A stretch of DNA of 64,000 bases from an uncultured Desulfobacter sp. (GTDB lineage: Bacteria; Desulfobacterota; Desulfobacteria; Desulfobacterales; Desulfobacteraceae). The DNA lies in contig OY762069.1 of the NCBI GenBank assembly GCA_963665095.1, forward strand, positions 2,208,001 through 2,272,000, written 5' to 3'. Under the pieces are notes generated by a model. It was not told the DNA's origin, searched no databases, and saw only the letters and a list, made by a program, of their open reading frames with translations. Shown piece after piece: positions 10,924-20,225 of this stretch (position 1 is its first letter; each line of letters starts with the position of its first letter). A program made the translations under genes and the position numbers.

Positions 10924-11365
10924 AAAAGCATATAATCAGGCACTTGGCTATTTATCCAGGAGCCCTAAGACGATTCTGCAGATGAAGCAATACCTTACCG
11001 GCAAAGGATATGACCAGGCTATTATTGAACAGGTGATTGGCAGGCTGCTCTCATACAGTTTTCTGGATGATGACGCCTTTACCCGTCAATTTATTGACAG
11101 TCGTGTCCGCAGCAAACCCAAATCTATTTTTGCGCTGAAGTATGAGCTCAAACAGAAAGGGATTCCAGCGGAGCTGGCCCAAAAACACCTGTTGTCTTAC
11201 AATGACGAGGATCTGGCATTGAAAGCAATTCAGCCTAAAATAAAATCCTGGCGTCAACTGGAAGAATCTGCCCGGAAAAAAAAGGTAATGAATTATCTTA
11301 GATACAGAGGTTTTGACTATAGCGTGTGTCAGGTTATCTGGGAGAGGGTCCTGATGGAATCTTAA
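10913..11365 (+). CDS. recX: Regulatory protein RecX
   Basis: ALGYLS..., FLDDDAF, ELKQKGI, YLRYRGF. Start taken at ATG 10913. Confidence 0.85.
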   Translation: MTCEKAYNQALGYLSRSPKTILQMKQYLTGKGYDQAIIEQVIGRLLSYSFLDDDAFTRQFIDSRVRSKPKSIFALKYELKQKGIPAELAQKHLLSYNDEDLALKAIQPKIKSWRQLEESARKKKVMNYLRYRGFDYSVCQVIWERVLMES

Positions 11366-11380
11366 TAAAATTCCCATCAA

Positions 11381-11424
11381 TTAAATAAAGAATTTCTTAA
11401 TTTTAAATAAAGATTTTCTTAATT
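11381..11424. repeat. 22-bp tandem direct repeat x2 (1 mismatch)
   Basis: TTAAATAAAGAATTTCTTAATT / TTAAATAAAGATTTTCTTAATT. Confidence 0.85.
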
Positions 11425-11569
11425 TGACACCTTATTTTCATATTTTATTATTGAATAATACTTTTCATGGCAATATTACAGATTAAGAACATAAAAAATT
11501 ACTTTAAATTATTCGCGATTATAATCGTCGGAAATTATTTTACGATCAAAAATCATTTATGGCCAAATA

Positions 11570-11585
11570 TGGCACAGATACTGCA
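11570..11585 (+). promoter_or_regulatory. Putative sigma-54 (-24/-12) promoter of the PilZ gene
   Basis: TGGCAC-AGATA-CTGCA matches TGGCAC-N5-TTGCW with one mismatch. Confidence 0.65.
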
Positions 11586-11637
11586 TATTTTCCATAAAGC
11601 ATATTACAAATAGTGGCTTAACATTTTCATTTTAACC

Positions 11638-11667
11638 AGTTAAGGACTCAATAGTTAAGGACTCAAT
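11638..11667 (+). repeat. Perfect 15-bp tandem duplication containing the RBS
   Basis: AGTTAAGGACTCAAT x2 immediately before ATG 11668. Confidence 0.9.
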
Positions 11668-12084
11668 ATGGTTGGCAGGAAAAGAACAATTGAGCGTCGC
11701 AGAAACAAGCGCTACAAAGCTGTTGAAGGCGCCTATGCAGCCATCAGCCCGAATTCACACAAATTAGGCCAGATTATTGATATCAGTATGGGAGGGCTGT
11801 GTTTTAAATATATCGATACCGCTACCAATTCAGATATGACAGAACAAACCCGTGAAGAAGCCATTTTTTTAAGCAGCATGGGATATTATGTTGGAGACCT
11901 GCCGTTTCAGACTATTGCCGATTATGAAGTGACAGATGCTCCCTCTTTTAGTTCAATGAAAGTCAGGAAACGCCATGTTAGATTTACGGATCTTTCATTC
12001 AAACAGTTGTTTGATCTGGACTATTATCTAAAAAACAATGTTTCAGAGCAGGTGGAACCGCTTCCGAAACAATATAAATCCTGA
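11668..12084 (+). CDS. PilZ domain protein (c-di-GMP receptor)
   Basis: RRxxxR (ERRRNKR) and DISMGG motifs. Confidence 0.85.
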   Translation: MVGRKRTIERRRNKRYKAVEGAYAAISPNSHKLGQIIDISMGGLCFKYIDTATNSDMTEQTREEAIFLSSMGYYVGDLPFQTIADYEVTDAPSFSSMKVRKRHVRFTDLSFKQLFDLDYYLKNNVSEQVEPLPKQYKS

Positions 12085-12432
12085 CAACTAATTATTCGAA
12101 CAACCAGCTCATTTTAACCATTCTTAATTGTAACAGATCTAAGCGGGATTTTTGATCTGTTGTCCTTTAGTTCCCGACTTCTGCCATCCAACCGTTAAAG
12201 CCTGCCATAATTCTGCCGATCATCGGATAATTCAACCCAAACCGGTTGCCTGCCAACCCAAGCCGTTTGTTTTAAGTTTTCTGCCAGGAAAACTAAAAGA
12301 AATTTATTCCTGTTTAAAATGATGATTTCTTTAGTCTGCAACCTGTCACTTAGGGTCTATACAGTTAATCCGGATCTATTTACTACATAATAATCACAAG
12401 ACGATATTTAAGACGATAATGGATTTGATCAC

Positions 12433-12468
12433 CTAAGGCACTATAATTCTATAATTATAGTGCCTTAG
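12433..12468. terminator. Perfect 16-bp inverted repeat between convergent genes (possible bidirectional terminator)
   Basis: CTAAGGCACTATAATT-CTAT-AATTATAGTGCCTTAG. Confidence 0.55.
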
Positions 12469-12595
12469 AAATAAAGAAGTCATATTTGTTCACGCCGTAT
12501 TTTTTACTGATATTATCGCAAAATCAGCAAAAAGTATATCAGGTTAAAATTTAATAAACTCTTAACAAAAAATTATAACGCTGATAATGGTACCA

Positions 12596-14497
12596 CTAAT
12601 TGATAATATCTGTATTAATACGAATATCGGCTTTTGTCTTTAAAGCACCCAGCCAGGCCGCATAATGGGCCTGTTGTTTCCTGCCCTCAAGTTCCTGTTT
12701 CACTGTGTCAAGGTTATTGGCAACAGCATCTGCATCCGGAACAATCTTCTCCTTTAAGCCAATAATATAGAAACTTCCCCCGACTTCAAGGGCCTCAGTG
12801 TATACCGGTTTTTTATCATCCAGGGTAAAGGCAGCTTCGGCAAGAGCTCTGGAGCCGGAAATTCCAGGGACTGCATCATTACGGGTAAACAGGTCACTGG
12901 AGTTGACATCAAGATTATTGGCCTGGGCAATTTTTCCTATGCTTGGCATATCTCCAGCCTTTTCAAGCATTGACGCAGCAGCCTTTTGGGCAGCGACTTT
13001 TTGATTTTGAGCTAACAGAGTCTTTTCAATTTGCTGTTTAACATCACTAAAAGGCTTTAGTTGCGGGGCAATTTTATCAACCACCTGCATCAGATAGTAT
13101 GTGTTTCCAATTTTTTTCACCTCGCTGATTTCTTCATCAGTCAGGGAAAATGCTTCAGAGGCAAACTGTCCTGGATCTGATACCCCCATACCGGCCAACT
13201 GCGCGCCAGACGCAGAAAAGGCCGGCGTAGTGACTGCTTTTTTACCGGCCACCAGGGCAACCTGCTCAAATGCATCTCCGTCAAGGACCGCATCAAAAGC
13301 CTCTTCCGCTTTGTTATAGGCAAGGGTTTTGGCTTCAGTAATGGCCATCTCCTGCTGAATCTGTTTTTGAGCGTCTTCAAAGGATGTCACAGTTTCATCG
13401 GTTTTATCCGTGACTTTAATAACATGCCAACCAAACTGTGTTCTGACCGGCTCGGAAACATCACCGGCTTTCATTGCAAAAGCCGCGTCTGCAAATGGCT
13501 TTACCATACTTGATTTTTCAAAACGACCCAGATATCCGCCACGGGAAGCTGACGGGCCCTGGGAATAGGTTTTGGCAAGTTCAGAAAAATCCTCTCCCTT
13601 GGAGGCTTTTTCGTACACCATCTGTGCCTGCTCCCGGGATTTTGCCACGGTCTGCTCATCAGCATCCTCATCCACTTTAATCAGGATATGGCTGGCCTCT
13701 ACCTGTGCGGACTTGGTAAACTTCGCTTTATTCTGTTCATAAAACGTCCGCACGTCCTCCATGGGAATTTTAATCTGATCTTTATAATCTTCCGGAGCGA
13801 ATATAAGACATGCTACTTTACGCATGGGTTCTGACATATACTGGTCATGATGGTTATCGTACTGAGTACGGATCTGTTCATCAGTAGGGGCGACGTCAGA
13901 GAACGTATCAGGATCAATCCGGATATACTCAATGGCTGCTTTTGTATTATTGAAAATATACCAGGCACTGGCTTCCTGATCACCTACTGTTATACCATTG
14001 AGCACCATACGCTGAAGTTTGGTATTTTTGATGGCATTACGCTGCATGACCTCAAAGGTCTCAGGAGTCATGGCATTCTGGCCCAGCACCCGTTTATAAA
14101 GTTCCATATCAAAAGCGCCGTCTCTCTGGAATGCTTTAACAGACATAAGGCTTTTCTTAAGTTCGTCATCCGTCACAATAATTTTCAGCTTCTCCGCTTC
14201 AAGATCCAGAATCTTTTGATCGATAAGGGTATTCACAGCCTGCTGTTTTACATTAAACGCTTCTATCATATCTTCATCAAGAGACCTGCCAAACTGCTGC
14301 TGAAGCCGTTGAACCATATTCCGATATGCATCCCGGTACTCACCAAAGGTGATGGGCTGGTCATTGACTGTAGCAACTTCATTGCGCTTACTGGCGTTCA
14401 TACTGCCCACGCCCAGGAAAATAAATACAATAACAATGATGCCCAGAAAAAATTTTATAATCCAATTTCCGGTATTCTCGCGAAGATAACGCAGCAT
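12596..14497 (-). CDS. ppiD: PpiD/SurA-family periplasmic chaperone, parvulin PPIase
   Basis: N-terminal TM, SurA_N region, rotamase motifs ASHILI ... GGYLG ... TQFGWHVIK. Confidence 0.88.
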   Translation of the reverse strand: MLRYLRENTGNWIIKFFLGIIVIVFIFLGVGSMNASKRNEVATVNDQPITFGEYRDAYRNMVQRLQQQFGRSLDEDMIEAFNVKQQAVNTLIDQKILDLEAEKLKIIVTDDELKKSLMSVKAFQRDGAFDMELYKRVLGQNAMTPETFEVMQRNAIKNTKLQRMVLNGITVGDQEASAWYIFNNTKAAIEYIRIDPDTFSDVAPTDEQIRTQYDNHHDQYMSEPMRKVACLIFAPEDYKDQIKIPMEDVRTFYEQNKAKFTKSAQVEASHILIKVDEDADEQTVAKSREQAQMVYEKASKGEDFSELAKTYSQGPSASRGGYLGRFEKSSMVKPFADAAFAMKAGDVSEPVRTQFGWHVIKVTDKTDETVTSFEDAQKQIQQEMAITEAKTLAYNKAEEAFDAVLDGDAFEQVALVAGKKAVTTPAFSASGAQLAGMGVSDPGQFASEAFSLTDEEISEVKKIGNTYYLMQVVDKIAPQLKPFSDVKQQIEKTLLAQNQKVAAQKAAASMLEKAGDMPSIGKIAQANNLDVNSSDLFTRNDAVPGISGSRALAEAAFTLDDKKPVYTEALEVGGSFYIIGLKEKIVPDADAVANNLDTVKQELEGRKQQAHYAAWLGALKTKADIRINTDIIN

Positions 14498-14681
14498 GCT
14501 TATGATGTCTCCTTAACCCTGTTAAGTTTTTGGTTGATTTAAATCAAAAAACACGGAATATTATCGTCTCAAACTCATCTGTGTCAATAAATTATTCTTC
14601 CTATTCTGTCTTTATCTTAAAGAAGCCATTTTTTTTATTGACACACCACACAGTTTCGATTATACATCTACCCACTCTTGT

Positions 14682-14757
14682 GGGGCTGTAGCTCAGCTGG
14701 GAGAGCGCATGGCTGGCAGCCATGAGGTCAGGGGTTCGAGCCCCCTCAGCTCCACCA
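14682..14757 (+). tRNA. tRNA-Ala(GGC)
   Basis: GGGGCTG acceptor stem with G3:U70, anticodon arm CATGG-CT-GGC-AG-CCATG, GTTCGAG T-loop, encoded CCA, 76 nt. Confidence 0.97.
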
Positions 14758-15170
14758 AAAATAATTTAGCTGCTGAATTTCAGTGGCTTTTTTATTGCCC
14801 CAATATTCTAAGTTATCCTTGCCCAGCAACAATCCTGAATTTTCCACTGCTATTTGTTATTATCGGCTTTCAATAATTCCCAATGAAAGTACCTGCCGGA
14901 ATTATGTTTAGGCGTTTTATTGTTACTGGTATGCGTTGACTTCCACGCTGATACCAAAACAGGCCCTTCCCAAAAGGGAACGGCCTGTTTTGAAAAAGGA
15001 GGGAGAGTTTCCACCGGTTGTTGTTTACTCAGCAACTACTATTTTCGTATTCACCGCAATGGCAAACTACCCGGTGTTGATTATCATATTAGCATCGGAA
15101 TCTAACCTGAACATGACACCAGAATTACCAAATGGTAATCGTCCGATGGTCAGGTCAAATATCTGTCAAC

Positions 15171-15431
15171 CTAATCTGCCACAACCCCGATTTTTTTCAG
15201 ATCACTGCCCAGTTCAACAGGATTAAATACCTTTCCAGGACGCCACTGGCCGTCATTTTCCAGCGTCGGGACCACCCAGTCGTCGCCTCCGTTAACCTCA
15301 ATCACCTTCCGGACAACCTCATCCGGGGCAGATTCAATATCAACGTATTGAAATTCAATATTCTTTTGCTTTAGATATGACGTAGTTTTGACACAATGGG
15401 GACACCAGGATGCACCATACACTGTCAGCAT
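15171..15431 (-). CDS. Glutaredoxin/NrdH-like protein
   Basis: WCPHC and VVPTL motifs; AAGGAGG RBS before ATG 15431. Confidence 0.88.
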   Translation of the reverse strand: MLTVYGASWCPHCVKTTSYLKQKNIEFQYVDIESAPDEVVRKVIEVNGGDDWVVPTLENDGQWRPGKVFNPVELGSDLKKIGVVAD

Positions 15432-15455
15432 TATTTCCTCCTTCTTTATAATAAG

Positions 15456-15492
15456 GTAACGATGCACACAGATCTTGTGCGTGCATCGTTAC
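15456..15492. terminator. 12-bp stem hairpin between degP and the glutaredoxin gene
   Basis: GTAACGATGCAC ... GTGCATCGTTAC. Confidence 0.45.
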
Positions 15493-15550
15493 GGTAGTTA
15501 GTGTGTTTAATATGAGAGAAAAGGCTCTTGCAGCTCCTTTTCAGGGTTAA

Positions 15551-16972
15551 CTATTTTTCAAATCGGACCACAAAAATCTGGGAACTCCCCCGCCTGAACA
15601 GCATGTGGGTGGTATTACCTTTGCTGATTTTATTCATCACTTTGGAATAATCCCCAAGGCTTGTAATTTTATGATGGTTGATTTCCACCAGCAAATCACC
15701 GGTCCTCACGCCGGACATGGCAGCTTTTGATCCCTGTTCAATCTGGGTAACCACCAGGCCTTTAGCAGTGGCAGGCAATTCAAGCTGCTCAGCGATCTCC
15801 TTGTCAAGGGGTTTAAACATAAATCCAAGGTCATCAAACTCATTTAAAGCGTCCCCGTATTGACCACTATCCGTGTCATCAGGCCGTTCGCCCAGTTCCA
15901 CCGGTATAATTAAATTCTTACCTTCCCGGATCACTTCAATATTCACCTTACTGCCCACCTTAAGACGCGCAATGGTCATGGTCAAATCCTTGGAGGAACC
16001 AATTTCTTGACCCTGAACGCCAATAATCACATCGCCCTGCTGGATACCGGCCTTATCGGCAGGATTGTCCGCATATACCTTGGCGACATAAACCCCACCA
16101 TCCTGATCCAGCTTATAATATTCGCTCATCTCCTTGCTCACATTCTGAATGGCCACACCCAGCCAGCCCCGGGAGACACGTTTTGAACTTTTAAGCTGAT
16201 CAATAATATTAATGGCAAGATCCGATGGAATCGCAAAACCGATCCCCTGACCGGATTTAACAATGGCGGTATTAATGCCCACCACTTCGCCGTCCATATT
16301 CAATAGCGGCCCGCCGGAGTTGCCCGGGTTAATTGACGCATCGGTCTGAATAAAGTCATCATAGGGCCCGGAACCGATAATTCGACCTTTAGCGGAAACA
16401 ATACCGGCCGTAACGGTTTGTTCCAGTCCAAAAGGGGAGCCGATGGCCACCACCCAGGAGCCCACCTGTGCCCCTTTGGATGATCCGAATTTTAAAGGTG
16501 TCAGACCCTTTGCGTCAATTTTGATCAGGGCAAGATCTGTTTCAGGGTCTGTACCGATAATTTTAGCGTCATACTCCTGGTCATCATGCAGAATCACCTT
16601 GACCTGGTCTGCATCTTTGATCACATGGTTATTCGTGACAATATAGCCGTCTTTATCAATAATAAAGCCCGACCCCAGGCTTCGTTCCGTACGGTTTTGC
16701 GGAGTCATTCCGGAAAAGGGGCCAAAAAAATCCTCAAGCCCAGGCTGATTGCCAAACGGACTCCCGAAAAAATGCCGGTAAACCCGGCCCCCGCCTTTGA
16801 TGGTTTTCACAGTCTGAATATTGACCACGCCGGGCTTGGCCTGTTCTGCCAGTTTGGAAAAGCTTGCCGGTATCATCTGGGTTTTAGCCGTTGACAGTGC
16901 TGGCAACCCCAAAAGCCCGAAAATCATCAGACATGCGGCAATAGTGTTTAATTTTTTATCCATTGGTCTCAT
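15551..16972 (-). CDS. degP: Do/DegP-type periplasmic serine protease with 2 PDZ domains
   Basis: GSGFII, TNNHV, TDLALIK, INPGNSGGPL. Confidence 0.93.
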   Translation of the reverse strand: MRPMDKKLNTIAACLMIFGLLGLPALSTAKTQMIPASFSKLAEQAKPGVVNIQTVKTIKGGGRVYRHFFGSPFGNQPGLEDFFGPFSGMTPQNRTERSLGSGFIIDKDGYIVTNNHVIKDADQVKVILHDDQEYDAKIIGTDPETDLALIKIDAKGLTPLKFGSSKGAQVGSWVVAIGSPFGLEQTVTAGIVSAKGRIIGSGPYDDFIQTDASINPGNSGGPLLNMDGEVVGINTAIVKSGQGIGFAIPSDLAINIIDQLKSSKRVSRGWLGVAIQNVSKEMSEYYKLDQDGGVYVAKVYADNPADKAGIQQGDVIIGVQGQEIGSSKDLTMTIARLKVGSKVNIEVIREGKNLIIPVELGERPDDTDSGQYGDALNEFDDLGFMFKPLDKEIAEQLELPATAKGLVVTQIEQGSKAAMSGVRTGDLLVEINHHKITSLGDYSKVMNKISKGNTTHMLFRRGSSQIFVVRFEK

Positions 16973-17052
16973 TTTCTACCTCCTTTAGTCATGTTATATT
17001 CAAAGGTCATACCTTTCTGACGTAACTAAAGAATAAAACATAAAGTTAATTT

Positions 17053-18480
17053 TTAAATGATCCCAAAATTACGATGTGGTAATGTGACAACAAACAAACT
17101 GCCTCCATTTTCAGCAGGTTGCACAGAAATTTGTCCTGAGTGCTGCTCAATTATGGTCTTGGCCAGACTCAACCCCAACCCTGTTCCCGGTGTGGTCCTG
17201 GAGGTTTCCTCCCTGAAAAACCGCTCAAAAACTTTCTCCCGGTTGGCAGGGTCAATACCGGGACCTGAATCTTTGACCTGAACTTCCACACCATCTTTTC
17301 CCATGGCCTTGAGTGCCACAGCCACCTGCCCTTTTCCCGGCGTATATTTAATGGCATTATCAATCAGATTGGCAAAGGCGCGCTGGAGCATGGCTGCATC
17401 TCCGTCAATCCACAGACCAGGGGCCACATCTTGGGTAAAATCGATCTGCTTATCTTCGGCCAGGGGCACAAACAGTTCCCAGGCATTTTGGATCATGCTG
17501 CTTAAATCCACCGGAGCATATACGAACCCTACTTCGCCTCCCTCTGCCCGGGAGATCACCAGCATGGTGTTGATCATATCCAGCAGACGGTCAGACTCCT
17601 CAATGGTGTTGGCAGCCATGGCCCGGTAGGCATCCAGATCGTCCGGTTTTTCCTGAATCAGGGCCAGCTCCGCAAATCCGCGGATACGGGTCAAAGGGCT
17701 TTTCAGGTCATGGGCAATGTTATCCGACATCTCTCGAATGCTCTTAACCAGAGCAGAAATCCGGTCCAGCATCCGGTTAAATGTGACAGCAAGCAGGTCC
17801 AGTTCATCCCGGCTGCCCGATTCAGGCACCCGCTCCTCCAGATTGGATCCGGTAATGGAACCGGCGGTATGCCGGATGGCCGCCACCCCGGCAAGCGCCT
17901 GCCGGGAAAGAAACATGCCGGAGGCTGCTGAAAACAGCACCACAAACCCCATGGAGATGGAGAAAATACGCTTGAATCCGGTCAGAAAACGGGAATAGGC
18001 GTTCATGGCAAGACCGGTATGCAGAATAACGTTGGGCGCCACAAAAGTGTACATCATCCTTGCTTTAAGTTCCTGCCCGGCAATGTGTACGGTACTGAAG
18101 ACCGGCACCCGAGAGTGCATCAACTGGTCCACCATGGCACCATCCAGACTGATATCTTTCCAGTAGGACATGGAAGAGGATGCAAAGACCTCCCCTGTGG
18201 GATAGAGCAGCCGGAAAAAAATCTGCTTTTCTCCTGCGGCCTGGGCTTCGATTACAGCAAGCTTCTGGGCGCCGACAATCCCGTTGCGCTTGATAACAGT
18301 GCGAAAATACCCGGCCTTGTCCATCAACTCCTGGTCCATCTGGTTCATGATGGTTTGAACGGCAAGAAAATAAAACAGCCCAAACGCCACACATGAGGAG
18401 ATGGAAAAAATCCCCGCATACCAGACTGTCAGGCGGAAGGCAATGGTGCGCAAAAAACCGGTGCGAAGAAATTCAAGCAT
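17053..18480 (-). CDS. Sensor histidine kinase (HAMP-HisKA-HATPase)
   Basis: Two TMs, IAHDLKSPL, NLIDNAIKY, DSGPG, GTGLGL. Confidence 0.93.
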   Translation of the reverse strand: MLEFLRTGFLRTIAFRLTVWYAGIFSISSCVAFGLFYFLAVQTIMNQMDQELMDKAGYFRTVIKRNGIVGAQKLAVIEAQAAGEKQIFFRLLYPTGEVFASSSMSYWKDISLDGAMVDQLMHSRVPVFSTVHIAGQELKARMMYTFVAPNVILHTGLAMNAYSRFLTGFKRIFSISMGFVVLFSAASGMFLSRQALAGVAAIRHTAGSITGSNLEERVPESGSRDELDLLAVTFNRMLDRISALVKSIREMSDNIAHDLKSPLTRIRGFAELALIQEKPDDLDAYRAMAANTIEESDRLLDMINTMLVISRAEGGEVGFVYAPVDLSSMIQNAWELFVPLAEDKQIDFTQDVAPGLWIDGDAAMLQRAFANLIDNAIKYTPGKGQVAVALKAMGKDGVEVQVKDSGPGIDPANREKVFERFFREETSRTTPGTGLGLSLAKTIIEQHSGQISVQPAENGGSLFVVTLPHRNFGII

Positions 18481-19153
18481 CTTCTGCCTTCAGCACATAA
18501 CCGGCACCCCGGACCGTATGGATCAATTTGCTGGCATATCCCTTGTCAATTTTATCCCTCAGCCGGCAGATCCGTGCCTCCACCACATTGGTCATGGGAT
18601 CAAAGTTATAATTCCACACATGCTCCATAATCATGGTTTTGGAGACCACCCGTTCGCGGTTGCGCACCAGATATTCAAGCAGGGAAAACTCTAAGGGCTG
18701 AAGTTCAATGAAATCCTGGCCTCTTTTTACCTGGCGTTTGACAATGTCCACATTCAGGTCTGCATAGGACAGGGAGACGGGCTCAGTGTTGTTCCCGGCC
18801 CGCCGGATCAGGGCCTGGACCCGTGCCAGCAGTTCGGAAAAGGAGAAGGGTTTGGTCAGGTAGTCGTCGGCACCTGCCTCTAGCCCCTTGACCCGGTCCC
18901 CTACCCTGTCCCGGGCACTGAGCACAATAATGGGGGTATTTTTCCCCTTGGCCCGCAGTTTTTCAATCAGGGTCAGCCCGTCCATGCCCGGCAGCATAAT
19001 GTCGACAATCAGGGTGTCGAAATCAGCACCCATGGCCATGTCCAGCCCATCGGTACCGGTAGTGGCCACATCCACAGCAAACCCGGAAGATTTCAGCCCT
19101 TTTTCCACAAAGCCGGCTATTTTTTCATCATCCTCCACAAGAAGCAGTCTCAT
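18473..19153 (-). CDS. OmpR-family response regulator
   Basis: LVEDD, DIMLPG, KPF, wHTH ending in HTVRGAGY. Confidence 0.95.
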   Translation of the reverse strand: MRLLLVEDDEKIAGFVEKGLKSSGFAVDVATTGTDGLDMAMGADFDTLIVDIMLPGMDGLTLIEKLRAKGKNTPIIVLSARDRVGDRVKGLEAGADDYLTKPFSFSELLARVQALIRRAGNNTEPVSLSYADLNVDIVKRQVKRGQDFIELQPLEFSLLEYLVRNRERVVSKTMIMEHVWNYNFDPMTNVVEARICRLRDKIDKGYASKLIHTVRGAGYVLKAEDA

Positions 19154-19162
19154 GATCTCCTC

Positions 19163-19579
19163 CTATTCTCCTATAATTTTTACCAGAACCCGTTTTCTTC
19201 TACGGCCGTCAAACTCCCCGTAAAAAATCTGCTCCCAGGTACCAAAATCAAGCGCGCCGTCAGTGACAGCCACCACCACCTCACGGCCCATGATCTGGCG
19301 TTTCATATGGGCATCGGCATTGTCCTCGCCCACATTGTGCCGGTACTGGTCCACGGGAGCATGGGGAGCAAGCTTCTCCAGCCAGAGATCATAATCATGA
19401 TGCAGGCCGGACTCGTCATCGTTAATGAACACAGATGCTGTAATGTGCATGGCATTGCACAAAAGAAGGCCGTTCTGTATTCCGCTTTGGGCAAGACAGG
19501 CTTCCACGTCCGGGGTAATATTGATAAATGCCCTGCGCTGGGGCACCTCAAACCATAACTCTTTTCTAAAATGTTTCAT
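19163..19579 (-). CDS. yjbQ: YjbQ/UPF0047 family protein
   Basis: [25 protein letters not shown]. Confidence 0.9.
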   Translation of the reverse strand: MKHFRKELWFEVPQRRAFINITPDVEACLAQSGIQNGLLLCNAMHITASVFINDDESGLHHDYDLWLEKLAPHAPVDQYRHNVGEDNADAHMKRQIMGREVVVAVTDGALDFGTWEQIFYGEFDGRRRKRVLVKIIGE

Positions 19580-19979
19580 GAATTATTCCTTGAATGTTTT
19601 AACCGTCCTGTTTTAGGAGGAGCGAAACCTTTATCCGGGAAGGACACACTGTCCGGCTGGAATAGTATTATACCCCATATGAAATAATCAATACTGCTGA
19701 CAATTTTTACCTCTTTAATATCATTACCATTTTATAATAGGTGTTGCCTGAACATAATTAGGTATTGCCTGAGCGAAAAACCCGTGTTTGGTGTTTGGAC
19801 GAAAGGTTATACCGCATACGGGCAGTTCCTTTCCTTCAGGCACTAAATACCTGAACAGGGTTTGATTTTTTTTAAAAGAACCTGTATTTTCACAACACTT
19901 TTGAATTGACACAAATCTGACAACCACTTTTTGACGGACAACATCTGCCTGGATTGCAGCGTAATTTAAGGATGGTCAA

Positions 19980-20225
19980 ATGAAATATTTCTGGTGGGGG
20001 GTACAGGGCATCTGCCTTATCATCTCCCTTTTTTTCCTTGTGTTCGGCATTGACCTTATCCGTGGCGCCTACGGGTTGAACGATCCATTCAGCTTTATCA
20101 TGACCTTTTTTGCCGCATCCTTCATTATCCTGATCAGTCTTTCCCTGGCCCTGGTATTTATCATCAAAATGGTCCGGGTATACCGCCATGTCAACCCCGC
20201 CGGACCCAAGGGGGGCAAAGCCTGA
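19980..20225 (+). CDS. Small two-TM hypothetical protein
   Basis: Hydrophobic; stop overlaps the next ATG (TGATG). Confidence 0.7.
   Translation: MKYFWWGVQGICLIISLFFLVFGIDLIRGAYGLNDPFSFIMTFFAASFIILISLSLALVFIIKMVRVYRHVNPAGPKGGKA

Noticed and set aside
11381..11424. CRISPR-like repeats here or at 42635
   Set aside because: Adjacent tandem units with no spacers and no cas genes.
12085..12595. oriC or dif site
   Set aside because: No cluster of DnaA boxes or XerC/D consensus seen, and no dnaA/gidA context.
14758..15170. Integrative element at tRNA-Ala, and short ORFs 14850-15226
   Set aside because: No integrase, and I noticed no duplicated tRNA 3' end in the window; the ORFs overlap each other and have no recognisable motifs.
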